Of a stretch of DNA of 64,000 nucleotides, positions 55,484 to 64,000 are shown piece after piece. The notes under the pieces are model-generated. The model made no database searches. It worked only from the letters and a program-made list of their open reading frames with translations, and was not told the origin of the DNA. This stretch comes from Octopus bimaculoides (taxonomy: Eukaryota): contig NC_068998.1 in the NCBI RefSeq assembly GCF_001194135.2, forward strand, positions 46,179,602 through 46,243,601, written 5' to 3'. Positions within the stretch are counted from its first letter, which is position 1. Each line of letters starts with the position of its first letter. The translations under genes and the position numbers were made by a program.

Positions 55484-55509
55484 AATGTCCACTTTTACCA
55501 TCATTTCAA

Positions 55510-55740
55510 GTTGACAAAGAAACCTCCATATTGTTGCTCAACATGCTAGAAATAACAGCTACCTCTCACTAAAATATCACACTAATATCTTTAAAAATGA
55601 TACGTTAGATAATGCAGTTGTGGATTCCCTGTAGACCAGCAAAAGACAGGATGGTCATGGTTGGAGTATCTTTGGTCATATATAACGTGCTTGATCAGAG
55701 TTGACCCGGGGTTTGATAACATTACCTTAAGCCAAGGATT
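55510..55740 (+). repeat. Unclassified dispersed repeat family E
   Basis: The core gctagaaataacagc...gataatg.agt...aaaagacaggatggtcatgg.tgga...tttg.tcata...gatcag.gttgacc.ggg recurs at 51520-51725, 56140-56385, 47255-47340 and, inverted, at 10105-10260. Confidence 0.7.
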
Positions 55741-57079
55741 AGGCCTTTGTGGTGACTTGACCTGTTAGATATAGCAACCTAATTGCCTTCAAATGTTGGC
55801 TTAAAATTTCTTTTTTAATGTTTATATTGGATAATGTAGCTTAAGAGTGCACAATGTCTAAAAGAAATCTCATACAATGAGGTCATGGTTGAATTGTCTT
55901 GGACCAAAAGCCTGGTTCTGGCAGATCAAAAAGAAACAGAGCCGGACTTTTAACATCTGATTCTTGGGCATCCCAAGAGAAGTTTGCTAAAGCACAATTT
56001 TAAACCAGACTTCTCATCCTACTGTTCCACCCCTATTTTACCAACAGTTCTGGTCATTAACTGCAGCAATTTCACCAATCCAGAACCATGACCTTGATAA
56101 AGTCTGCCTTTTAAGGGTCAAAGCAAGGAACAACATATCGGCTATTGTAGTCCCAGATATGCCAAGCCTGAAAACAGGATGGTCACAATTGTAGCACTTT
56201 CGCTCATATGTCTGCTGGACCAGAAATGAGCTGATGTTGAAAAAACAACAACAGGAAGAAAGGACAATAGATTGTGTGGTCCTAGATACACTCATGTCTA
56301 AATTAAGAAAATGGGATAGTGATAAATGAAACATTTATCATAGGGGGTGTGCCAGATCAGGTCTGACCTAGGGCTAAACAACAAACAGTATTCGTCTTTA
56401 TTAACTGAAATTTTCTCTCAGGTTCTAGAACAGTTTCTTCTTTTAGTTGGTTTCTTTTTGAAAGGCAAAGTCAACTTCGGCAGAATTTGACCTCAGAATG
56501 CCATTAAACATTTTTCCCAGCATGCTAACAATTCTGCCAACTCACCACCTTATAGTTTTCTTCTTGGGGAGCGGGGGGGGTCAGATTTTTTTTGAAGGTG
56601 AGGAATCACAGTTATTACTAATTTATATCTGTAGCCCCTTATATTAGGAGAGGTGTTAGCGTGCTTATATCCACATAACTTGGCAGTTCGGCAAAAGAGA
56701 CTGATAGAATAAGTATCAGGCTTTAAAAAAAAGAAGAGAAAAACAAGTCCTGGGGGGGGTGAAGTTGCTCAACTAAAATCCCTTATAGGCATTGTCCCAG
56801 CATGGCCACAGACAAATGACAAACAAGTTAAAGATAAAAAATTGAGGGGGATTTCCTGTAGATAATGCTACTTCAAGTCTGTTTTTTTCTTTTTTGTTTG
56901 TTTCAAGTATATGAGTAAGATATATGTTGTACTTAAGAAGGTGGTGAGTACAGACAGAACACACTGCACCTACAATGAAACTGTACTCTGTTCCTCTCAC
57001 CTTAGTCTGCCTGTCAACCACACCTCAGGAAATAAAAGTTTCAAACAGTTGTTCTGGAGGTTACTTCATGATTAGGAAT

Positions 57080-57298
57080 TTAAATCTTTAGCATTTAAAC
57101 CAGCCAAAATATTTGACCTGTTTTCTGTTAAAACCAGCCAGATCAGGCCTCTTTCACCTACCCTACAATGTCATTCTAAAAATGTACAGCCATATCATCG
57201 AAGTCTCAAAGCTATGGAGATAATACATGATTAATTCAAAACAATGTGGATAAATAAGCGTTACATTTGACAGAGTAATCTGAATGTTTAAAGAGTTG
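57080..57298. mobile_element. Second TTAA MITE family, degenerate copy
   Basis: ttaaatctttagcatttaaaccagcc ... gacagagtaatctgaatgtttaaagagttgaa, homologous to 17798-18026. Confidence 0.65.
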
Positions 57299-57468
57299 AA
57301 GATGACTGCTGTAGTTCCTGTTTTTAATAGCAGGGAGGGACTATAGCCAGTGTGGTTCATCTTACAACAATAGCAACAACAACACCCAGTGTATAAAGAT
57401 CAGAAAGTTCTAAAGAAGGTTAAGCCATAAGTTGAAGTAAGCTAATTACTTTATATTTTGTTGCTATG

Positions 57469-57506
<38 letters not shown>

Positions 57507-57527
57507 AAGAGAGAGAGAGAGAAAGAA

Positions 57528-57592
<65 letters not shown>

Positions 57593-58212
57593 GATAGAGC
57601 AGCATTGGCTGCTTGCTCGTGGATCAGGAGTTCAAATCCACTGCAGTTTAGTTGAATTTCCCTGCCCAGGGCACTTCATCTGACATTGCTCATGTTCAAT
57701 GAGAGGTCAAGGGAATCAGCATCAGAGACCCACCCAGACAGTATTTGAACCTTGAGGGTATCAGGTGGCATGATGACAGAGGAATGTTACCTGTTGTATA
57801 CAAATGCTATCTCACCTGCTAAAGTACAACAGGTGTGACACAGGAAGAATGTGACCAGTTGTAGACGAAAACGCTCTCACCTGTTAAGGTACAGCAGGTA
57901 TAATAACAGGAGAATGTTACTAGCAATAAACTGATACTGTCACACATCTGGATCCTATAAACAGAGCTAAACTAAGCACCACTTCTCAATGGCCCTTAAA
58001 AGGAAGAACATATACACATTCATCATTTTAATGTCCACTTTTCCACGTTTGCATGGGTTAGTAGAGTTTATTGAGGTACATGTTCTACGACTGGATGCTT
58101 TCCCTGTCACCAATCCTTACCTGCTTCCAAGCAAGGTATTATTTCCCAATGGCTTGACATGGCTTTGCAGAATTTTGGAAATAAATGACATTCATTTACA
58201 ATAATCTGGGGT

Positions 58213-58257
<45 letters not shown>

Positions 58258-60014
58258 TCTGACATACATGTCAATGTAATACCTAGTATAAACATTCAAA
58301 CATTGTCACTGTTTTTCCAAGTCCTGCTGCTTTTCACATGAAATTCTTGGTCCTCCAAAGTTGTTTTGGTGTAGAGGTAGTAAATTTTCACCAGAAAAAT
58401 TTGACACATGCCACAAAATATGGTAGAGGGCTTCTTTTCAGTTTCCTATGTCTTTATTGCCCACAAGGGGCTAAACATAGAGGGGATAAACTAGGACAGA
58501 CAAAGAGATTAAGTTGATTACATTGACTCCAGTGCATAACTGGTACTTATTTAATTAACCCTGAAAGGATGAAAGGCTAAGTCGACCTCAGTGGAATTTG
58601 AACTCAGAATGTAGCAGCAGACGAAATACCACTAAGCATTTCGCCTGGCGTGCTAACGTTTCTGCCAGTTTGCAGCCGTTTCTTTCAGTTTCCAACTACC
58701 ATATGCATTCACAAGGCTTTGGTGGGATTTGAGCTATAGTAGAAGACACTTGCGCAAGGTGCCACACATTGGGACTGAACTCCAAACCATCTGGTTAGGA
58801 AGCAAATTTCATGGAAAGCAAACTGTATGTGTGTGTGTTACTCCATGATATCAACAACAAACTAATGAGGCATTTATAAAGGTGAGGTAGTGTGTTCATA
58901 CTGTACTGAATAGAATCCAGGTGTAACATAGGACTGTGCTGTAAATAGAATCTCGTTAGTTAATTAATTGCCAGAGAGTGATAATCGAGTAGTTAAAATA
59001 CTTGCAGCCACCCTAAATAACCAGGATAGCTGCGTGGGTGGGCATAGTGATTGTTAAAGAGTGGTGGTGGTGGTGGTGGTGGTGGGGGGGGCATTTATTT
59101 TTTTAATTCTGTTTTGCTTGAATGGGAGTGGGGTCAGGGGTGAGCCAATGTTTACATCTGAATGACTCCCACTGAACCATGAAGAGAAACCAGAAGAACC
59201 TGTTCTGAAAGTAGAGTCTAAACCAAATAGAGTTATTTGCTTGGCCCAGGAGAACACTACAATAACTAGACAGCACTGGCTTTGAACACGGGTTAATAAG
59301 CTGAAACATTGTAAGTCTAACAAACAAACTCATCTCAGACATATACACCTGTCTTCAAAGGGGGCAGATTTGGGGCAGTTCTAAATGGTTAAAGACATGT
59401 GACCTCCTCATTCCTACCATGAGCACACAAAATAATCAAATCATAATGACAAAGCTAAGATATAAGAGGTCTTATGTTTGCTCCCCACCCACTCCCTTGC
59501 TGACATTGTTACAAAGAGGTGCTTTTTTTTCCCCCTTTGTCATGATTCTATTAAATTAATTTATTTTCTTTTTTAACTTAAACATAAAAGAAAAATTATC
59601 AAAGTGAATGACATGCTTTTTGTGTTGTATGATGGCAAATAAATATCACTTTGTGTGTGTTGTAACCAGTTAGAGACAATGTACATGCAGCAACCTACAT
59701 ATACACACACATACAAAACGCATGAAACACACATATACACAACAGATTAAATACACACACGCAACAGACTAAACACACACACACAACAGACTAAACACAC
59801 GACAGACTACACACACACAGAGCCTACAATACAAGCATAAACACAAAATCACTCACAGATACATGCATGAGTACAAGACTTATGAGCCACATTCATTGGA
59901 ATTTTAAAATTCTTCTGGGATTTCCTTTCATTTTAGTTAAGTCTTGTAGACTATGAACCCTCCACCACTACCTTAATTTTTTAGACGGCAGAATATGAAA
60001 ACATTCCAAATAAA

Positions 60015-60017
60015 TGC

Positions 60018-60096
<79 letters not shown>

Positions 60097-60473
60097 TGTG
60101 TTATCATTTAACCTCTGTTTTCCATGCTAGCATTGGTTGGTTTCACAGGAGCTGGCTAGGCAGAAGACTGCACCAGGCATCCCCGTCTGTTTTGGCAGGG
60201 TTTTTTACAGCTGGATGTCCTTCCTAACACTCGTCCACTCTGAGTGAGAGAGAGTGAGAGTGTGAGTGAGTGAGAGAGTGTAAGTGGAGGGAGAGAGAGT
60301 GTGAGTGAAAGAGAGAGAGTGAGAAAGTCTGAGAAAGTGAGAGAGAGAGAGTGAGTGTGAGAGTGTGTAAGAGAGTCTGAGAGAGAAAATGAGTGAGAGA
60401 GAGTGAGTGATAGAGTAAGTGAGTGAGAGAGAGAAAGTGAGAGAGAGAGAAAGTGAGTGAGTGAGAGAGAGAG
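60015..60473. repeat. (TGCG)n (60015-60097) and compound (GA/GT)n (60240-60473) microsatellites, representative of dozens of (CA), (TA), (GA), (GAT), (ACC), (AAT) and (TACA) tracts across the window
   Basis: Directly visible. Other long tracts include 10347-10415 (CA)n, 57470-57597 (GA)n and 5999-6052 (GT)n. Confidence 0.95.
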
Positions 60474-60683
60474 TATTGATCCTCTGACCGCTATTGATAT
60501 AGGAGAGATTAAGTGACCAGGTTAATAGACAGTACATGAGGTGTTTAATTTCGGAGTAAATACATCCAGCTGGTATATGACCGCAGGTAAGTTTCTTAAA
60601 CAGCATTCGATTGGTTAGAGAGACCAAGCATATTCAAGAAGATATCGAACCCTGGAGATTAAAACAAGAGATGATTACTCCAA

Positions 60684-61140
60684 CATTGTTATTCCCACCT
60701 CCAATCACCGTACTGCGAACCAGTGACGGACCGCGGATCATTATGCATCGGGTTGCACAGAAAGAACGAATTTTTTTTTTCTATTTTATTAACTATCGCC
60801 GTCTACGAGATGTGTTTTTTTTAAAAAAATCATCACTCCTGTCTGTGCTTCTTTCCCCGCAATTATCAAAATCGCATTTTTCTTTTTTCATGCACTGATA
60901 AATTAAGCCCACTAGTTAATTGCAAGAATAAAGAGAGCATTAAAATGTATTGGTGTGTGTTACAATATGACAAAAAAAGTGCTTTAATATAGAATGTAAT
61001 AACTACATTTGCATTATATTATGGAAAAACTAAGTTATATATTATGTACTTTGTGTTTTTATGTGATTAATCCACCGGTCCGTGGAAAAATTGTCATGCA
61101 TGAAATCGTTTGGTGGTGAGAAAAAGGTAGGAATACGCTG
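60684..61140. mobile_element. hAT-Charlie/MER1-like non-autonomous DNA transposon, decayed
   Basis: The left end CATTGTTATTCCCACC matches the reverse-complemented right end CAGCGTATTCCTACC. Subterminal ggtccgtggaaaaattgtc...aaaaagg.ggaat..cgctg and gcg.acc.gt..cgg.ccg.gg motifs resemble MER1-type elements. No 8-bp TSD is retained. Confidence 0.5.
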
Positions 61141-61486
61141 GTTTGTAATATTTGCCAGTGCGATGTTTTACTGAATTGAAATAGACAAAAGAACCTCGGT
61201 CGTCCTTAAGGGAGATAACTCTTAAGACAAGAATGCAGAGTTACGTCCCGTAGTTGAACCATTTGTTTACAATTACAACAAATTGACACTTTAAACAGTT
61301 TCAACGTTTAATACGAGAGCTATATGATATCACACCACAGGAGTAGCTAAACAGTACAGCTGTTTAGTGTAACTGTTTAATTCTAGGTCAACTCTGACAG
61401 AGCAGAAGTATATATCAAAGACATTCTGGACAAAACCCGTTCGTTTTTTTTTCTGTCACTTTTTAATGGAACCACCACCACCACCA

Positions 61487-61633
61487 CCTGGGTTCTCATT
61501 CCTAAGGTATTTTTCCATGTTATTATTATTATTCAGGTCACTGCCTGGAATCGAACTCGGAATCTTGGGGTTAGTAGCCTGCGCTCTTAACCACTACGGA
61601 CATATGGCGTATTGGTTNNNNNNNNNNGTGACT

Positions 61634-61688
<55 letters not shown>

Positions 61689-61840
61689 CAACAACAACAA
61701 CATCGAAAAATACCTTAGGAATGAGAACCCAGGTTCGAAATTTCCCCAAGACATCTGATGAAGGCTGGAAGGTATATCAACCGAAATGTATTAACAAACA
61801 AGATGAGGACAAATATCCGTCAAATGTACATAATGAAGTA
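61487..61840. mobile_element. Two oppositely oriented copies of a SINE with a tRNA-like head, (AAT)n and a Penelope-like 3' tail, separated by a 10-N gap
   Basis: Minus strand 61600-61487: gtagtggttaagagcgcaggctactaacc...gagttcgattccaggcagtgacc-(aat)n-aaaataccttaggaatgagaacccagg. The same body occurs on the plus strand from 61628 and continues into ctgatgaaggctg...ccgaaa. Confidence 0.7.
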
Positions 61841-62036
61841 TCTATTTTATTGTGTTAGAAACTATTTTTTACAAAGTAGACACTCGCAATCACAGGCTAT
61901 TCATGCAGACTACAAAACATACACACAAACACATACGCGCGTCCGCGCGCGCACACACAGAGTCTAGAAGGTCCAACATTCTGAAGAAGCATGTTTCTTA
62001 TCTCCACTGTTTTAATCTATATACTTTTATCCCTTC

Positions 62037-62082
<46 letters not shown>

Positions 62083-62376
62083 TACACGCAAGAGTTGGTC
62101 CAACAGTCTAAAGAATCAATTTTCTTTTTATCGTCCCGTTTCAATCTACATTTCTCTCTCTCTCTCTGCTCCTCCCCCACAACATCTGTGCGTTTCCTTG
62201 AACTATTGTTTAAGGTTGGTTGTCGATCACTAATATATTTAGCTAAGCGTTCTTATGATCGACAACACGTAAAATACTGCCACCCCCAACATACACACAC
62301 AATGGCAGGACATACACACGAATGCCAGATTCACATACAAATACACACAAAGACAAGACACACATGCAGGCACACT

Positions 62377-62408
<32 letters not shown>

Positions 62409-63082
62409 TGGGCACTGGCACTAAGGAACGTTTACTCAACGGCAAGCCTACACTTCACTCATACACAATTACACAGGAAGCCATTAAAAGAAAAACAAAA
62501 GCAAGTGCGCACGCGCTCACACACACACAAACGACAGCTGGCCAACGTAGGACCAAGTGACAAACATTGTATTTAAAACGTTCTTCAGGGTGGACGGGGA
62601 AATGGAGGAGGAGGAGGAAAGGCAGCAAATTTTATTTGGTGGTTTTAATAACAGTTCGTTCTCTTAAGTCATTAGAAGAAAACACCAAGGGCAATAGCAA
62701 GGAATGTTTCCAGAAACCGGGAGACTGGTAAGAGGAAATTATTCCCAAATTCTCAAACCAGAGACCTAGTCCTGGCCCAGATAATAACAACATAGTGAAC
62801 TCTATGAAAGGCACCACATATGGGCCAGAGGTTAGTTCCAGTTACAGTATATCTATTGGTATACTACAAAGACTTGTTTTGTTTTTACCCTCTTAGGCGG
62901 GAAAGCAATATTCTTGACTCTTTATAGTAAGGGTGCCTGACTACCTGACCACAAACCAGTACCAAGCCATGGATCATTTGGTTGTGGGCCACACAGAAAG
63001 AATAAATTTTTAAAAAATTATTTCTATTTTATTGACTATTGCAGTCTGCAGGCTTTTTTTTTTTTGCAGTATATGCAATATA

Positions 63083-63442
63083 GGCGCAGGAGTGGCTGTG
63101 TGTTAAGTAGCTTGCTTATCAATCACATGGTTCCGGGTTCATTCCCACTGTGTGGCACCTTGGGCAAGTGTCTTCTACTATAGCCTCGGGCCAACCAAAG
63201 CCTTGTCAGTGGATTTGGAAGACGGAAAATATATGTATGTGTGTGTCTGTGTTTGTCCCTCCACCATCGCTTGACAACCGATGCCGGTGTGTTTACGCCC
63301 CCGTAACTTAGCGGTTCGGCAAAAAGAGACCGATAGAATAAGTACTAGGCTTACAAAGAATAAGTCCTGGGGTCGATAATCTCGACTAAAAGCAGTGCTC
63401 CAGCATGGCCGCAGTCAAATAACTGAAACAAGTAAAAAAGAG
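63083..63442 (+). mobile_element. SINE family A, near full-length representative (tRNA-like head, CORE-like caccttgggcaagt segment, internal microsatellite, AAAAGA tail)
   Basis: ggcgcaggagtggctgtgtg...ggttccgggttcattcccactg (B-box-like) ...ggcaccttgggcaagtgtcttctactatagcc...cagcatggccgcagtc...actgaaacaagtaaaaaagag. More than 20 full or partial copies in both orientations, for example 1-195, 620-762, 2870-3075, 4120-4340, 5835-5985, 16295-16395, 24930-25330, 31085-31275, 35380-35669, 48910-49070, 49280-49620, 53660-53850, 56660-56840, 58680-58810. Confidence 0.9.
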
Positions 63443-64000
63443 CAAAAGTGGCAGAGTAATTAAGGTGATATTCTGTTAGGGTAAGGGGGGTCATGATTTC
63501 AAATCCATACGCATGACAATAAATCCATGGGGCAGAAGACAAACCAAACAGTTCATGAGGAGTTCAAAATCTAGACACATTCCTCATACTGACACTAAAA
63601 CACACATATGAAGGGAGAAGGTGGCTATTGCTAATTGGATCAACCTCAGTATATAACTGGTACTTGGATTTATTTAAATGAATACCATAACCTACATGTT
63701 GGCACTCCGTCGCTTATGACGTCGAGGGTTCCAGTTGATCCGATCAATGGAACAGCCTGCTCGTGAAATTAACGTGCAAGTGGCTGAGCACTCTACAGAC
63801 ACGTGTACCCTTAATGTAGTTCTCGGGGATATTCAGCGTGACACAGTGTGACAAGGCTGACCCTTTGAAATACAGGCACAACAGAAACAGGAAGTAAGAG
63901 TGAGAGAAAGTTGTGGCGAAAGAGTACAGCAGGGTTCGCCACCATCCCCTGCCGGAGCCTCGTGGAGCTTTAGGTGTTTTCACTCAATAAACACAACGCC

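Larger units (their letters stand above)
3524..61627. other. Assembly gaps (13 N-runs, about 3.6 kb)
   Basis: N at 3524-4055, 6053-6062, 21436-21714, 22512-22661, 27178-27280, 28761-28809, 30284-31081, 32720-33021, 33453-34368, 35670-36106, 47123-47132, 48642-48651 and 61618-61627, mostly flanked by microsatellites or SINEs. Confidence 0.98.

Noticed and set aside
60584-60592. Perfect plus-strand donor CAG|GTAAGT
   Set aside because: A single 9-mer is expected roughly once by chance in 128 kb of two-strand sequence, and there is no supported exon upstream.
62755-62900. SPGPDN peptide resembling LINE RT domain 0
   Set aside because: The match is too short and no downstream RT motifs are in frame, so it was left unannotated.

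Overview
AT-rich eukaryotic genomic DNA, dense in microsatellites and SINEs, with 13 assembly gaps totalling about 3.6 kb of N. The repeat families resemble octopus (coleoid cephalopod) tRNA-derived SINEs; this organism assignment is recognition from memory, not proven. The one host gene I can support is a type II phosphatidylinositol 4-kinase (PI4K2A/B family) on the minus strand. It has a first coding exon at 52005-51763 and a highly conserved second exon at 540-340 containing the [11 protein letters not shown] lysine motif and the CCPCC palmitoylation motif. The two join in phase 0 across a 51.2-kb intron, and the gene continues past the left edge of the window. The rest is TE debris: at least four SINE-like families, RTE and HERO/NeSL-like (RLE endonuclease) LINE fragments, a decayed piggyBac-like transposase, TTAA MITEs, mariner- and hAT-like MITEs, minisatellites and microsatellites. 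Most interesting observations: (1) exon 1 has a non-canonical nucleotide-binding loop (ELSSKGSSGCYF versus the family ERIxQGSSGSYF), suggesting a specialised or alternative first exon; (2) the intron holds several strong fold-back structures, including a perfect 163-bp inverted duplication, a 35-bp-TIR element, a 130-nt hairpin and a 50-nt palindrome; (3) two degenerate hammerhead-ribozyme-like motifs of the Penelope type. I found no tRNA, rRNA or CRISPR feature, and no convincing new multi-gene system.
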